Below, piece by piece: positions 18,591 through 30,338 of a stretch of DNA of 64,000 bases. Origin of the DNA: an uncultured delta proteobacterium (lineage in GTDB: Bacteria; Desulfobacterota; Desulfuromonadia; Geobacterales; DSM-12255); the NCBI GenBank assembly GCA_963787125.1, contig CAWBBV010000012.1, positions 32,001 to 96,000 of the forward strand, given 5' to 3'. Each line of letters starts with the position of its first letter. Position 1 is the stretch's first letter. The notes below the pieces were generated by a model that saw nothing but the letters and a program-made list of their open reading frames with translations, ran no database searches and was not told the DNA's origin. Made by a program: the position numbers and the translations under genes.

Positions 18591-20880
18591 TAAGTTTCTT
18601 CCCTCCGGGGAGTTTCTCCTTGTATGCGGCTTGCGGATAGTCAATTCGCTGATGATGAATTCCGGCAAGAATCTGGTTAAAGCTCCAGGCAATTTCGTGA
18701 AGGTTTTTAAGGGTCAGTTCACATTCATCAAGCTGTCCATCAATGAATATGTTGTTGATTATCTTCTGTACAAGTCCTTGAATTCTGGCAGGAGAAGAGT
18801 CTACAAGGGTTCTTGAAGCAGCCTCAACAGCGTCGGCAAGCATGACCAGTCCAGCTTCTCTGGTTTGCGGCTTAGGTCCGGGATAACGGAATTCATGTTC
18901 GTCAATGCTATGACCGGCAGGAGCTTGTTCAACCGCTTTTTGATGAAAATACTTGATCAGGGCCGTGCCGTGAGACTGTCTTATGATCTCGGCAATAGGT
19001 TGGCCGAGCCGGTGCTGCTTTGCCAGTTCAGAGCCTTCTTTAACATGAGCTATCAGGATCAGTGCGCTCATACTCGGCGAAAGCTTGTCGTGGCGGTTTT
19101 CTCCACCGCTCTGATTCTCGATAAAGTATTGTGCTTTGCTTATCTTGCCAATATCGTGATAGTAGGCTGCAACCCTTGCAAGCAGGGGGTTGGCATTGAT
19201 GGCTTCAGCCGCAGCCTCGACAAGATTGCCGACAACCACACTATGGTGATAGGTGCCTGGAGCTCTCACCATTAACTCGCGGAGTATAGGGGAATTCAGA
19301 TTCGTCAGTTCAAGGAGTTTTATATCGGTTGTATACTGAAAAAGGCTTTCAAACAGGGGAATCCCCCCGGAGGCAAGCACTGCCGCAGCAAGACCGCCGG
19401 CAAAAGCGAAAATGATTATGTAGACCGACTGGATCGAAAACAGATTTTGCGTAAAGAGCTGCAAAGAGATAGCCATGGCAACATTTACGAAACTTACTTT
19501 GAGCCCGGCACTGAAGACAATACTTCTGTTATCGCAGTGGCGGACGCCGTGAGCACCGATGATGGATCCGAGAAGTGAGTAAATTACAACGGGCAGGCTG
19601 CCATACATCATGCCGGCAAGAGGTGCACAGATGGCCGAAAAAACCAATGCTACTTCAGAGTTGATAAAAATCCTGACCATTATTGCTGTGGCTGCGAAGG
19701 GAAACAGGAAAAAATAATCGGCTGTATCGATAGAAGGGAAGGCAAGCAAAAGAGGTGCTGTAATTGAAAAAAGTATCCTCAGAAGAATAAAATGACCTGA
19801 TGAAAGCAGTGCCAAAAGGAGAATATCTTTATAGGAAGGTCTGAATTTTCTTATGTTTTTCAGGGCGAATCTGTAGGGGAAGTAGAGAAGAACCAGTACA
19901 ATACCAAGTACACCGGCTGCGGAACTGATCCTGCCGCCAAGTGATGTTTCCGCTGCCATGCCGTTAAGCTTCATTATCTGCTCGGCAGATACTCTGTCAC
20001 CATCACGCACAATCATTTCCCCGCGCTTGATCTGCAAAAGTACCGGCTTTACTGACTGGCTGGCCGCTGTTTTGGCATCATCGGTTTTCTCCTTGCTGTA
20101 AAGGAGGCTGGGTTTTAACATTCTGGCAACAATGCTTTTAATTGTAGCTTTCAGTTCAGAGGAACCGGTTGCGTTCAATCTGATATTCAAGGTAATTTTT
20201 CTTGCCTCTTCGATATTGAGCGGTTCGTCGCGCAAAAAACTTTCTGGAAGCTTCTCGCCGTTTCCGGTTGTTACAACTATGCCGCTTAACTGGTCAGAGA
20301 GAAAAAGGCGAAGGTCGGAAACAACTTTGTGACTGTATATTCTGTCGAGCTGCTTCTCAAGTTCCGTAAAAGTCTCGGCTTCAACCCTGTGTCGCAGCAG
20401 CGTATCAAGCTCTTCTGCCGTGACTTCCACTCCAAGCGCCTCGGTTACGGCGGCTCTGACTTGAGCGTACTCAGGTTTCGCTTTAACATTTTGTAGCGGT
20501 GGCAGCCCGGCCAGACATTTCTTGAGTCTGCTCATGCTGTTAGCGACACTCTTGTCATCATAACTGTAGATATTCGGTACTTTCAAGGCGGCTTCAGCCC
20601 GTTTCTCCTCAGTCAGCTTAAGGTCTTCGATAAGATAATCCCTTGAAGCCTTGATATCGGAGACGGCAATCTGGCCGGTTTTGTAGCTCGTAGATGGGGC
20701 ATGATTGTGAGGTGAAATTAAAAGAGTAAGAAGGGAAGTAGTAATGAGAAGCAGTACGAATCGGTCGCGTTTTTCAGACTTTTCAGATGAAAATCTGCGG
20801 GAAATGGTGTCCTGTAGATGGCGCCAGAGAAGGGGTAAAGAGCCGATAGAAAAATCTTTTTCGCCGCCTGATAAAGGCAT
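18487..20880 (-). CDS. 7TM-HD (HDIG) phosphohydrolase, PgpH-like
   Basis: APGTYHHS, YYHDIGK and MLADAVEAA motifs; multiple TM segments. Confidence 0.92.
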   Translation of the reverse strand: MPLSGGEKDFSIGSLPLLWRHLQDTISRRFSSEKSEKRDRFVLLLITTSLLTLLISPHNHAPSTSYKTGQIAVSDIKASRDYLIEDLKLTEEKRAEAALKVPNIYSYDDKSVANSMSRLKKCLAGLPPLQNVKAKPEYAQVRAAVTEALGVEVTAEELDTLLRHRVEAETFTELEKQLDRIYSHKVVSDLRLFLSDQLSGIVVTTGNGEKLPESFLRDEPLNIEEARKITLNIRLNATGSSELKATIKSIVARMLKPSLLYSKEKTDDAKTAASQSVKPVLLQIKRGEMIVRDGDRVSAEQIMKLNGMAAETSLGGRISSAAGVLGIVLVLLYFPYRFALKNIRKFRPSYKDILLLALLSSGHFILLRILFSITAPLLLAFPSIDTADYFFLFPFAATAIMVRIFINSEVALVFSAICAPLAGMMYGSLPVVIYSLLGSIIGAHGVRHCDNRSIVFSAGLKVSFVNVAMAISLQLFTQNLFSIQSVYIIIFAFAGGLAAAVLASGGIPLFESLFQYTTDIKLLELTNLNSPILRELMVRAPGTYHHSVVVGNLVEAAAEAINANPLLARVAAYYHDIGKISKAQYFIENQSGGENRHDKLSPSMSALILIAHVKEGSELAKQHRLGQPIAEIIRQSHGTALIKYFHQKAVEQAPAGHSIDEHEFRYPGPKPQTREAGLVMLADAVEAASRTLVDSSPARIQGLVQKIINNIFIDGQLDECELTLKNLHEIAWSFNQILAGIHHQRIDYPQAAYKEKLPGGKKLNEHCDHEPPKTPESCDPEGKSGSCEDLKRLGMYF

Positions 20881-21080
20881 TAAGAGTCTTTGTTCTTAAG
20901 GGTGGAGTAGTGAAATCGAACTTTATATATAGCTCCATGGCAGGTATAATGTCAATATATGCTTCTAATAATATCCATGGATGCCTTGATTTAGTCGACC
21001 ATATATGTTATTTATTTTCTTTTTAAAATTTATTTGCAGTATCTGCAGGTCATATAAACATTATGAAGGAGAGGATCAGG

Positions 21081-22394
21081 ATGCAGGTTAATGTCGAGCA
21101 GTTGAGTGGTGTAAGGAAGAAGATCAATTTTGTGATTCCGGTTGAACGTGTACAGGCTGAAACTGAAAAAGCATTTGCAGAAATTCGCAAACGTGCGGTA
21201 ATCCCGGGTTTTAGAAAAGGTAAGGCTCCCCATGATCTGATCCGAAAGAGTTACCAGGATCAAGTTGAAGGCGACGTCATGAAGAATCTTTTTAATGACA
21301 CCTATTTCAAATACATCCAGGAGAATAATCTGGCTCCAATCGGTTATCCTCTGTTGGACACCGACCCGATTACAGCCGGGGAACCCTTCAAATACTCCGC
21401 TACCATAGAGGTCTACCCTGAATTCACTGTAGAAAACTATGAAGGGTTTGAGTTGGTTAAAGAGAAATTCAACTTCGATGAAAAGGCAGTAGATAGCCGT
21501 ATTGAGCAGATGCGTGATAATATGTCACAGCTAAACCCGGTAACTGAAGTACGTCCTGCTGCAAATGGCGACCACGTTATTATTGATTTTGAAGGTTTTG
21601 TTGATGGCGAGCGTCTCGCCGGTGGTGACGCTAAGGACCATCAACTGGAGCTTGGCAGCAACTCTTTTATCCCCGGTTTCGAGGAGCAGGTAGTTGGAAT
21701 GACTGTGGGAGAAGAGAAGCGGATCAAGCTGTCATTCCCTGAGGAGTACCATAGCGCTGAGCTATCCGGCAAGGCGGTTGAGTTTGCTGTTTCTCTGAAA
21801 GAGATCAAAGTCAAAGAGGTTCCGGAACTTGATGATGCTTTTGCTCAGGAGGTCGGAGAGTTTGAAACTCTTGCCGAACTCAAGGTGAAAGTTGCTGAGA
21901 CGTATGAAAAGCAGGAGAGGGAAAGGATCGAGCGGGAATTCAGGGACGCACTGATGCAAGCGCTCATTCAAAAAAATGATTTCGAACTGCCTGAATCAAT
22001 GGTTGACCGGCAACTCACCTCGATGCTTGAGAACACCAAGCAGCGTCTGCAGTACCAGCGGATGACACTTGAAATGATGGGTCTTGATGAGCAGAGTTAC
22101 AAAGCACAGTTCAGACCGGTTGCCGCTAATCAGGTAAAAGGCGCTCTTCTGCTCCACGAGCTTGGGACCAAGGTCGATATTCAGATCACTGAGGCTGATA
22201 TTGAGGCTCGCCTCCAGAAAATAGCAGCTGAAAGTGGTCAGGACTATGACCGGATCTGTAAGTACTACCAGACTGCTGAGGCTAAACAGAACCTGGAAGA
22301 GCAGGTCAGGGAAGAGAAGGTTCTGGAACTGATTGCTTCAAAGGCTGTGATTACCGAGATTGATAAAAATGAACTGGCAGCAGGCAGTCTTTAG
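21081..22394 (+). CDS. tig: trigger factor
   Basis: GFRKGKAP signature; FIPGFEEQ. Confidence 0.97.
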   Translation: MQVNVEQLSGVRKKINFVIPVERVQAETEKAFAEIRKRAVIPGFRKGKAPHDLIRKSYQDQVEGDVMKNLFNDTYFKYIQENNLAPIGYPLLDTDPITAGEPFKYSATIEVYPEFTVENYEGFELVKEKFNFDEKAVDSRIEQMRDNMSQLNPVTEVRPAANGDHVIIDFEGFVDGERLAGGDAKDHQLELGSNSFIPGFEEQVVGMTVGEEKRIKLSFPEEYHSAELSGKAVEFAVSLKEIKVKEVPELDDAFAQEVGEFETLAELKVKVAETYEKQERERIEREFRDALMQALIQKNDFELPESMVDRQLTSMLENTKQRLQYQRMTLEMMGLDEQSYKAQFRPVAANQVKGALLLHELGTKVDIQITEADIEARLQKIAAESGQDYDRICKYYQTAEAKQNLEEQVREEKVLELIASKAVITEIDKNELAAGSL

Positions 22395-22502
22395 TAAGCC
22401 GGAAAGATACTTTCTCCGCACTTCAGCCAGGAAGTTTCTTTCTAAACGCACTTGTCCTGTTCAACAGGATTAATCTGCAAAAAGTATTATACGTGAGGGT
22501 AT

Positions 22503-23102
22503 ATGTTGATTCCAATGGTTGTTGAGCAGAGCGGACGCGGTGAGAGATCTTATGATATCTACTCCAGACTTTTGAAGGAGAGAATAATTTTTCTTGGTGG
22601 ACAGATAGATGATCCCCTCTCAAACCTTATTATTGCCCAATTGCTTTTCCTTGAATCTGAGGATCCCGACAAAGATATACATCTCTATATCAACTCCCCT
22701 GGCGGTGTTGTGACTTCCGGCATGGCGATATACGACACGATGCAGTATATCCGCCCGAATGTCTCAACCATCTGTGTCGGCCAGGCAGCATCAATGGCGG
22801 CAATTCTTCTGTCAGGAGGGGAGAAGGGCAAGCGCTATTCATTAACTCACTCGCGCATTATGATCCATCAGCCGCTTGGCGGTTTCGAGGGTCAGGCAAC
22901 TGACATCAGTATTCATGCCCAGGAAATATTGAGGATGAAGAAGAAGCTCAATGAAATTCTTGCTCTTCACTCCGGGCAACCATTTGCGAAAGTGGAAGCC
23001 GATACTGACAGGGACTATTTCATGTCAGGTGAAGATGCCCGTGCCTACGGTCTGGTTGATTCTATCCTCACCCGTAATCCTTCAATTGGAGGTGCAGCTT
23101 GA
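22503..23102 (+). CDS. clpP: ClpP protease subunit
   Basis: [15 protein letters not shown] and GQAASM motifs. Confidence 0.98.
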   Translation: MLIPMVVEQSGRGERSYDIYSRLLKERIIFLGGQIDDPLSNLIIAQLLFLESEDPDKDIHLYINSPGGVVTSGMAIYDTMQYIRPNVSTICVGQAASMAAILLSGGEKGKRYSLTHSRIMIHQPLGGFEGQATDISIHAQEILRMKKKLNEILALHSGQPFAKVEADTDRDYFMSGEDARAYGLVDSILTRNPSIGGAA

Positions 23103-24352
23103 GTAAACGTGACGACAGAACAGATGCGCTTGTCTGTTCATTTTGCGGTAAAGGCCAGGAAGAGGTAAAGAAACTTATCGCCGGACCGACTGTCTACATC
23201 TGCGATGAGTGCATCGAACTTTGCAATGACATCATCTCTGAAGAAAAAAGACTGGAGGAGACCGAAGGCCCCGATATTAATCGGCTGCCTAAGCCGCAGG
23301 AGATCAGTTCTTTTCTTGATGAGTATGTTATCGGTCAATCCCGGGCAAAAAAGACTCTTGCGGTGGCTGTTTATAATCACTACAAGAGGATCGAGTATAT
23401 GGGAAAGCCTTCTGATGTTGAAATGCAGAAGAGTAATATCCTGTTGCTTGGCCCGACCGGGTCAGGCAAGACACTTCTGGCCCAGACTCTTGCACGGATA
23501 TTGAAAGTACCTTTTGCCGTGGCTGATGCAACCAATCTGACAGAAGCAGGTTATGTGGGAGAGGATGTTGAAAACATCATCCTCAGTCTCCTTCAGGCAG
23601 CGGATTACGATGTGGAAAAAGCCCAAAAGGGGATTATCTACATCGATGAAATCGACAAAATAGCCAGAAAAACCGATTCTCCTTCCATCACCCGCGATGT
23701 CTCAGGTGAAGGTGTTCAGCAGGCTCTGCTGAAAATTATCGAGGGAACAGTTGCGAGTGTCCCTCCCAAAGGCGGTCGTAAGCATCCTCAACAGGAATTC
23801 CTCAAGGTTGACACGACTAATATCCTTTTTATCTGCAGTGGCGCATTTGCCGGACTTGACGATGTTATCCAGCAGCGGATAGGGGTAAAGACTCTTGGCT
23901 TCGGCGCCGATATCAAGAAGAAAATTGAGAAGCGCGCTGGAGAGCTTCTTGGAGATATTACCCCGGAGGATCTTCTCAAATACGGCTTTATTCCTGAATT
24001 TATCGGTAGACTTCCTGTTCTTGCCACCCTGGCGGAACTTGATGAGGATGCCATGGTGCAGATTCTGAAGGAACCGAAGAACTCCCTGGTAAAGCAGTAT
24101 CAGAAGCTGTTTGAAATGGAGCATGTAAAACTGAAATTCACTGACGGCTCACTCTCGGCCATTGCAAAAGAGGCTCTCAAAAGAAATACCGGTGCCAGAG
24201 GGCTGCGCTCAATCCTTGAGAATGCAATGCTGGATATAATGTATGATATACCTTCCCAGTCCATGGTTAAAGAGGTTGTTATCAGTGAAGACGTTATCCT
24301 TCGCAAGGAAAAGCCGATAGTAGTATATGAAGGAATGGCTGAAACAGCTTAA
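23099..24352 (+). CDS. clpX: ClpX ATPase
   Basis: CSFCGK zinc finger, [14 protein letters not shown]. Confidence 0.98.
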   Translation: MSKRDDRTDALVCSFCGKGQEEVKKLIAGPTVYICDECIELCNDIISEEKRLEETEGPDINRLPKPQEISSFLDEYVIGQSRAKKTLAVAVYNHYKRIEYMGKPSDVEMQKSNILLLGPTGSGKTLLAQTLARILKVPFAVADATNLTEAGYVGEDVENIILSLLQAADYDVEKAQKGIIYIDEIDKIARKTDSPSITRDVSGEGVQQALLKIIEGTVASVPPKGGRKHPQQEFLKVDTTNILFICSGAFAGLDDVIQQRIGVKTLGFGADIKKKIEKRAGELLGDITPEDLLKYGFIPEFIGRLPVLATLAELDEDAMVQILKEPKNSLVKQYQKLFEMEHVKLKFTDGSLSAIAKEALKRNTGARGLRSILENAMLDIMYDIPSQSMVKEVVISEDVILRKEKPIVVYEGMAETA

Positions 24353-24383
24353 ATCCGAATTGACATTGTGAGAACTGAATATT

Positions 24384-26792
24384 ATGGAAGATTATCAGCT
24401 GTCAAATGAGAGGGAACTCAAAAGGTTTCCTCTTTTGCCGCTCAGGGATATAGTTGTCTATCCTGGCATGGTAGTACCTCTGTTTATCGGGAGGAGTAAT
24501 TCCGCAGCAGCTCTTGAAGCAGCTATGAGTGCAGACAAGCTCATATTCCTTGCTGCCCAGAGGAACTCGAAGACTGAAGAGCCTCTCCCGGAAGATATTT
24601 ACTCAATCGGCACTCTCTGCCAGATTGTTCAACTTCTGCGCCTGCCAAACGGTAATGTGAAGGTGCTGGTTGAGGGTAAGTCCCGCGGAGAAATACACGG
24701 CTTCGAGTACAATAACGAGTATTACACCGTCGATGTGGCCATCCACACTGAGGAGTTTGCCGAACCTTCTGCGGAGACAACGGCTCTCATGGCTGAGGCG
24801 TATTCCCAATTTACGACCTACCACGCAGAAACCAAGAACAACCTTGCCCAGGAAACAGTTACCAGTATTGCCAGAATTTCAAATCCTGATATTTTGGTCG
24901 ATACAATAGCCGCCCAAATTAATCCAAAGATTGAAGATAAGCAGGCTATCCTCTCGACTTTTAACCTGAAAGAGCGACTTGAAACTATTATCTCCATCAT
25001 AATTTGTGAAACCGAAATCCATCAACTTGACCAGAAGATCAAAGAAAAGGTCAAAAAGAAGATGGAAAAGAATCATAAAGAGTATTACCTGAATGAGCAG
25101 TTGAAGATAATCCATAAAGAGCTGGGCAAAAAAGATGACCATGCCGAGGAGTATAACGAGCTTGAAGCGAGAATTGCTGCCAAGAAATTGTCTCCAGAGG
25201 CGAATAGCAAGGCTCTGACCGAGCTGAAAAAGCTGAAACTCATGTCACCACTGTCCGCTGAGGCGGCAGTTATCAGGAACTATCTTGATACAATCCTTGA
25301 TCTGCCCTGGAGTACGGTAAGCAGGACCACCAGAGATATCAATTTCGCAGCAAAAGTTATGGATGAAGACCATTTCGGTTTGGAGAAAGTCAAGACCAGG
25401 GTGCTTGAACATCTGGCGGTGCAGGCACTGGTCAAGCGGATTAAAGGGCCGATTATCTGTCTCGTCGGTCCGCCCGGGGTTGGTAAGACCTCACTTGCAA
25501 GGTCTATAGCCAGAGCTACTTCCAGAAAATTTGTCAAGATGTCCCTGGGGGGTGTCCGGGATGAGGCCGAGATCCGCGGCCACAGACGTACCTATATAGG
25601 TGCTATGCCGGGAAAGGTGTTGATGAACATCAAGAAGGCCGGGGTAAGCAACCCCCTTTTTCTCCTTGATGAGATAGACAAACTTTCTTCTGATTTTCGC
25701 GGTGATCCGGCGTCTGCCCTGTTGGAAGTTCTGGACCCTGAACAGAATTCAAAGTTCTGTGATCACTTTTTAGATGTGGATTATGATCTTTCAAGAGTCA
25801 TGTTTATTGCAACCGCAAACTCTATCCATTCCATCCCCAGGCCGCTTTTTGACCGGATGGAAGTGATCCGTCTTGAAGGGTATACTGATAAGGAAAAACT
25901 TGGGATTGCTAAAAAATATCTGATACCCAAGCAGCTTAAAGAGACCGGTCTGTCTGAGAAAATGCTCCAGATTACCGATAAATCTGTCGGCCTGATTATT
26001 AATTCGTATACTCGTGAGCCTGGTGTCAGAGGCCTTGAACGAGAAATATCTTCTATCTGCCGGAAAATTGCCCATAGTAAAGTCAAAGGTGAAAGGTGGA
26101 GTCACAATATTGATCCTGATGACGTCGTAAAACTCCTTGGTCCGGAAAAATACCGCAGAGAGAGTGTGCGTCAGAAAGTTCTTCCTGGAGTCGTCAACGG
26201 TCTTGCCTGGACTGAGTCTGGTGGAGATATTCTCCAGATTGAAGTTGCAGTTGTGCCGGGTAAGGGGAAGTTGACAATAACCGGGAAGCTTGGCGAGGTC
26301 ATGAATGAATCTGCACAAGCGGCAATGACCTATGTAAGGTCCAGATACGCCGTCCTGCAACTTGATAAGGATTTCTATCAGAGCGTCGATATTCACATTC
26401 ATGTGCCTGAAGGAGCTATCCCTAAGGATGGCCCTTCAGCTGGCATCACAATGGCGACAGCGCTCGTCTCAGCACTGATTTCACGCGACGTTGATACTGC
26501 CCTGGCAATGACCGGGGAAATATCACTCCAGGGGAGCGTGCTACCTATAGGCGGTCTCAAGGAAAAGCTCATGGCAGCAATCCGCTCAGGAGTTAAAACT
26601 GTCCTGATACCGGAAAAGAACAGCAACGATATTTCTGAAATTGGCCAGGAGATTCTGGATAAACTGGAAATAGTCCCCGTAGCACATATGGATAATGTTC
26701 TTTTCAGAGCGCTTGCCCTTGATACTCTGTCTATGGCACAGGGAATTCACCATCAGGTCGGCGATGATTCTGCCGGAATTATAACTCATTGA
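24384..26792 (+). CDS. lon: Lon protease
   Basis: GPPGVGKT and PKDGPSAG motifs. Confidence 0.97.
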   Translation: MEDYQLSNERELKRFPLLPLRDIVVYPGMVVPLFIGRSNSAAALEAAMSADKLIFLAAQRNSKTEEPLPEDIYSIGTLCQIVQLLRLPNGNVKVLVEGKSRGEIHGFEYNNEYYTVDVAIHTEEFAEPSAETTALMAEAYSQFTTYHAETKNNLAQETVTSIARISNPDILVDTIAAQINPKIEDKQAILSTFNLKERLETIISIIICETEIHQLDQKIKEKVKKKMEKNHKEYYLNEQLKIIHKELGKKDDHAEEYNELEARIAAKKLSPEANSKALTELKKLKLMSPLSAEAAVIRNYLDTILDLPWSTVSRTTRDINFAAKVMDEDHFGLEKVKTRVLEHLAVQALVKRIKGPIICLVGPPGVGKTSLARSIARATSRKFVKMSLGGVRDEAEIRGHRRTYIGAMPGKVLMNIKKAGVSNPLFLLDEIDKLSSDFRGDPASALLEVLDPEQNSKFCDHFLDVDYDLSRVMFIATANSIHSIPRPLFDRMEVIRLEGYTDKEKLGIAKKYLIPKQLKETGLSEKMLQITDKSVGLIINSYTREPGVRGLEREISSICRKIAHSKVKGERWSHNIDPDDVVKLLGPEKYRRESVRQKVLPGVVNGLAWTESGGDILQIEVAVVPGKGKLTITGKLGEVMNESAQAAMTYVRSRYAVLQLDKDFYQSVDIHIHVPEGAIPKDGPSAGITMATALVSALISRDVDTALAMTGEISLQGSVLPIGGLKEKLMAAIRSGVKTVLIPEKNSNDISEIGQEILDKLEIVPVAHMDNVLFRALALDTLSMAQGIHHQVGDDSAGIITH

Positions 26793-26861
26793 TAAAATTG
26801 CTTGACATAAGTTTACTAGTTTTGGTATAAGGTTATTTCCTTTTGACGCACCAATCATTTT

Positions 26862-26938
26862 GGGGTAGTAGCTCAGTCGGTTAGAGTGCTGGCCTGTCAC
26901 GCCAGAGGTCGCGGGTTCGAGCCCCGTCTGCCCCGCCA
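26862..26938 (+). tRNA. tRNA-Asp(GTC)
   Basis: Cloverleaf, anticodon loop CTGTCAC, GGTTCGA, CCA end. Confidence 0.97.
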
Positions 26939-26952
26939 TTTTGATAGTAGAA

Positions 26953-27028
26953 GGGTGAATAGCTCAGCTGGGAGAGCGCCAGCCTTACAAGCTGGATGTC
27001 GCAGGTTCGATCCCTGCTTCACCCACCA
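26953..27028 (+). tRNA. tRNA-Val(TAC)
   Basis: Cloverleaf, anticodon loop CTTACAA, CCA end. Confidence 0.97.
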
Positions 27029-27036
27029 AAGATAAC

Positions 27037-27071
27037 AAGGGGTTATGGCTTAAATGCTGTAACCCCTTTTT
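27037..27071 (+). terminator. intrinsic terminator after tRNA-Val (island-encoded)
   Basis: AAGGGGTTATGGC/GCTGTAACCCCTT stem plus T-run. Confidence 0.75.
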
Positions 27072-27081
27072 GTTTGTCCAC

Positions 27082-27110
27082 GAATGTGTAACCTCTGGTG
27101 TAACCTCTTG
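27082..27110 (+). repeat. putative integrase arm-type sites (copy 1)
   Basis: GAATGTGTAACCTCTGGTGTAACCTCTTG, identical at 34753-34781. Confidence 0.75.
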
Positions 27111-27225
27111 CCTCCTTGCTACCCCTCCCGAATTATTTTCTAATACATCCTGCCTCAAATTTATTCCTCTTGTTCATTAGGGGCCTAACCTGTAGAGATT
27201 GACGACCTGACAGGGGGAGTGCTCA

Positions 27226-27930
27226 ATGGTAAGCGTACTTGCAAGATTCTGGAACGAGATAGCCGCGACGCAGCAGCTGCGGACGGCGTGGGCAAAAAGA
27301 ATGTTCGTCCTGGACCAAGACCAAATCAATGAAGAGATAGACGTGGAATATTACCACCTGAAGGCTGCAGGGATACCCGAGCAGGTAGCGTCTGATTACC
27401 TCAAAGTTAAGGCTCTACTCTTGGAGAACATAGCAATAAGTCACTGGATCATGGACACCGGCAGGGATGATTTAAGAATGGCGTTGCCGGATATCTGCTC
27501 TGTAGAAGAAGCCGTCATGGTTGCCGGGATGAATAGGAATAACACTGAGACCGATATACAGCGGAAACAGCTTGCCGACTTGCTCAAGGCTTCGCTGCCA
27601 GGGCGCAGGACCATAGATTTTATTTCATGCGTATCAAGGAAAGATTTTGATTCAGCTTTAAAGACGATCAAGACGGGCAACAAAGGAAAGAAGCCGTTTG
27701 ACCTCGACATGACGTTCAAGAAGACTTCATTACGGTTAGAGTCGAATGCTGCATCCATGGAGATACCATTAACGGCTATTGTCGGCAGTCCAAGAATCAC
27801 CTTGGCGTTTGACGGTCAAACCATGCTCGACCTTGCCGGGACATTCACGGGGAGTAATTTACACTTCAGTCTGACAGATGGAAAATTCAAGATGGAGCGG
27901 CTTGCATTGCCGTGGAGGGTGACAAGATGA
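27226..27930 (+). CDS. hypothetical island protein
   Basis: 234-aa ORF with RBS GGGGAG. Confidence 0.7.
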   Translation: MVSVLARFWNEIAATQQLRTAWAKRMFVLDQDQINEEIDVEYYHLKAAGIPEQVASDYLKVKALLLENIAISHWIMDTGRDDLRMALPDICSVEEAVMVAGMNRNNTETDIQRKQLADLLKASLPGRRTIDFISCVSRKDFDSALKTIKTGNKGKKPFDLDMTFKKTSLRLESNAASMEIPLTAIVGSPRITLAFDGQTMLDLAGTFTGSNLHFSLTDGKFKMERLALPWRVTR

Positions 27931-28120
27931 CCGACTTAGAGCTGCGGGAGAAGATACGGCAGCAGATCCACGAGAGTTTGCTGCACTCTAAACCACCAGC
28001 CGATAACCCTTACAACGATCCAACAACAGGGTGGCACTGGATAGCCAGGGCGAAGGCGCGCGAAGGTCGGCCTGGGTTCGACTTGATGAAGTGGAGGCCA
28101 ACAGAGAAGGAGGAAACAGA

Positions 28121-28306
28121 ATGAGGGTTATCTGTTCACACTGCCAGGGTATAGTTGAGGTTGATGATGCAGCCGTCAAGCGGTATATTGGCCGGATCAA
28201 TGGCCAGATCAAGAGTGAAGCGAAAACGGCAGCATTAACAGAGAACGCGAAGAAGAAGCGGCCCGGATCGCTGGGCAATCAGAGAGCCAAGAAGAAAACG
28301 GAATAA
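28121..28306 (+). CDS. small basic protein with CxxC
   Basis: MRVICSHCQG after RBS AGGAGG. Confidence 0.5.
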   Translation: MRVICSHCQGIVEVDDAAVKRYIGRINGQIKSEAKTAALTENAKKKRPGSLGNQRAKKKTE

Positions 28307-28449
28307 TTACATTTCAACTGTCAAATAATCAATGGTGATTCCAAAACAATAATCAATAGTGAGTAACTATCTGTAATCATTGATTTTTCTTGTTTTACTG
28401 GAAATATGTTGCTACTCTCTGAACATCAAATAAAAGGGAGGGCAAACAC

Positions 28450-28836
28450 ATGACAGTAGCAGAACTGGAAACAATCTTGGCAGGTTGCGCAGGGAATGAA
28501 GAGGTAAGGATTGACGGCTTTGATATTCTGAAAGTGTCAACAGTACCAGCTGAGGAAGGGCTTGCTGGTTACATAGACATTACGGCTGCTCCTACTTGCA
28601 GTCAGACAGTTGCTGCGGACCCTGGCCAGAAAGAACCATTTGATGAGCAGATGAGAAAACTAAAAATAGACGTCTTCGCCATGTTTCCAAATAATGAATG
28701 GGTTCCATTACTTACGTGCCTGTCGTTAGCGGATAAGGTTCAAGATTATTTTATGAATAAATACCCTGGAGATTTCCCAGTACCTGCCGGCACTCCTGGA
28801 CGGTTAGAAACCTTATTCGCTCCAGTAATGCCCTAA
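28450..28836 (+). CDS. hypothetical island protein
   Basis: 128-aa ORF with RBS GGGAGG; terminator-like hairpin at 28848-28886. Confidence 0.65.
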   Translation: MTVAELETILAGCAGNEEVRIDGFDILKVSTVPAEEGLAGYIDITAAPTCSQTVAADPGQKEPFDEQMRKLKIDVFAMFPNNEWVPLLTCLSLADKVQDYFMNKYPGDFPVPAGTPGRLETLFAPVMP

Positions 28837-28933
28837 TAACGGTAATGAGAAAGAGGCGGTTCCGGTTATCGGTTCCGCCTCTCTTTGCTTCTACACTGGG
28901 CAGTCTGGCAGTCTTCAGGCGTGACAAACGGCG

Positions 28934-29209
28934 TCAAGCATTGCCTGGTGTGTACCTGTTGACATGTAGGGTTATCTCGGCAGGCTTCCGGCTTCCCGCT
29001 TCCATCCGTGATAACTGCGCCCGCTGCAATTCGGCAACCTTCAAGGCGGTGGCGGTATCTTCGGCGTTTGTGATGAGCAGCCAGTTAACCACCTCCTCGA
29101 CTTGATCTAGTACGGTCAGAACGTCCACCTTGTTCATTCGCTTGCAGGATCGTAGCCGGTTGATGTTGCCAAGTGCATCTATCAGTTGTTCATCTTGATT
29201 CTCTTTCAT
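28934..29209 (-). CDS. hypothetical island protein
   Basis: 91-aa ORF with RBS GAGGAG. Confidence 0.55.
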   Translation of the reverse strand: MKENQDEQLIDALGNINRLRSCKRMNKVDVLTVLDQVEEVVNWLLITNAEDTATALKVAELQRAQLSRMEAGSRKPAEITLHVNRYTPGNA

Positions 29210-29585
29210 CTTGATTTCTCCCTCTTGCCAGATCCGGTGCCAGGTAACAATTATTTTCAGACCCCCCCCTATACCCCCTTTTCCGGAAATGCGAACGTGC
29301 TTTCTGTCCTATCCTCTTGGCAATACGCAATTTTTTAAAAAAGTGTCAAGCACCCTCATTGATACCGTGAAAGATCAACAGGACAGGCTTCCGCGTTGAC
29401 GTTCAGGTTGAGATTGCGGGTAGCGGGGTAGCTATCAAACAGCTTAAAACCCTCAATCGTGGACCGCAGAGAAATATTTTGTGAGCGGCACCGTGAACAT
29501 GTATGAAATGTGGCACTTTAAAAATGCTGTAGTAATAGGCCGCCGACCGTGAGTTTTCTCGCAGTCGGCGGTTTGATTTTGTGGT

Positions 29586-30338
29586 TCATGCTTCAATTTG
29601 ATCTTTCATACGGTAACTTGGACCTTCGATCACCATAGTTTCAGCGTGATGAAGTAGTCGATCAAGGATGGCTGATGTCAGTGTGCTGTCATTGTTGAAG
29701 ATTTCTGGCCACTTTTTATAGGCGCGGTTAGAGGTAATGATAGTCGATCCCCTTTCGTATCGTTGGCTTATGATTTGGAAGAGGAGATCAGCGCCGTGTT
29801 TATCTATAGGGAGATAGCCGAGTTCATCGAGTATGAGAAGTGAAGGTGCCAGGTACTTTTTCAGTTCAACTTTGAGCCGACTGGCGGCCTGAGCAGCGGC
29901 AAGTGTATTGATGGCATCGATGGCAGTAGTAAAGAGCACTGATTTACCAGCAAGACAGGCTGTGTAGCCAAGAGCCGCAGCAAGATGAGTTTTACCAAGG
30001 CCAACGGTGCCGAGAAAGATAACGTTGGCTTTGTCTTCCATAAACTGCAGTCGATAGAGGTTCTGGATGGCCATGCGGTTGATCTTTTTCGGCCAACTCC
30101 AGGAGAACTGATCCAGGGTTTTTATAACCGGGAAGCGTGCACTTCTGATCCGACGAGCAGTGGCACGGTCATGGCGAAGATCAAGCTCCCCCTTGGTGAG
30201 TTGTGCAAGATATTCTTGATGACCGATCTGTTCACGGGCAGCTTTTGCCGAGATCTGGGGGTAGTGATCCGCCATAAAGGTAAGGCCCAGAGTGCGGAGG
30301 TCCGCTTCGAGCGGGTTGATGGTTGTATCGTCATTCAT
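29586..30338 (-). CDS. istB: IstB AAA+ ATPase
   Basis: GTVGLGKT, LILDELGY and AILDRLLHH motifs. Confidence 0.96.
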   Translation of the reverse strand: MNDDTTINPLEADLRTLGLTFMADHYPQISAKAAREQIGHQEYLAQLTKGELDLRHDRATARRIRSARFPVIKTLDQFSWSWPKKINRMAIQNLYRLQFMEDKANVIFLGTVGLGKTHLAAALGYTACLAGKSVLFTTAIDAINTLAAAQAASRLKVELKKYLAPSLLILDELGYLPIDKHGADLLFQIISQRYERGSTIITSNRAYKKWPEIFNNDSTLTSAILDRLLHHAETMVIEGPSYRMKDQIEA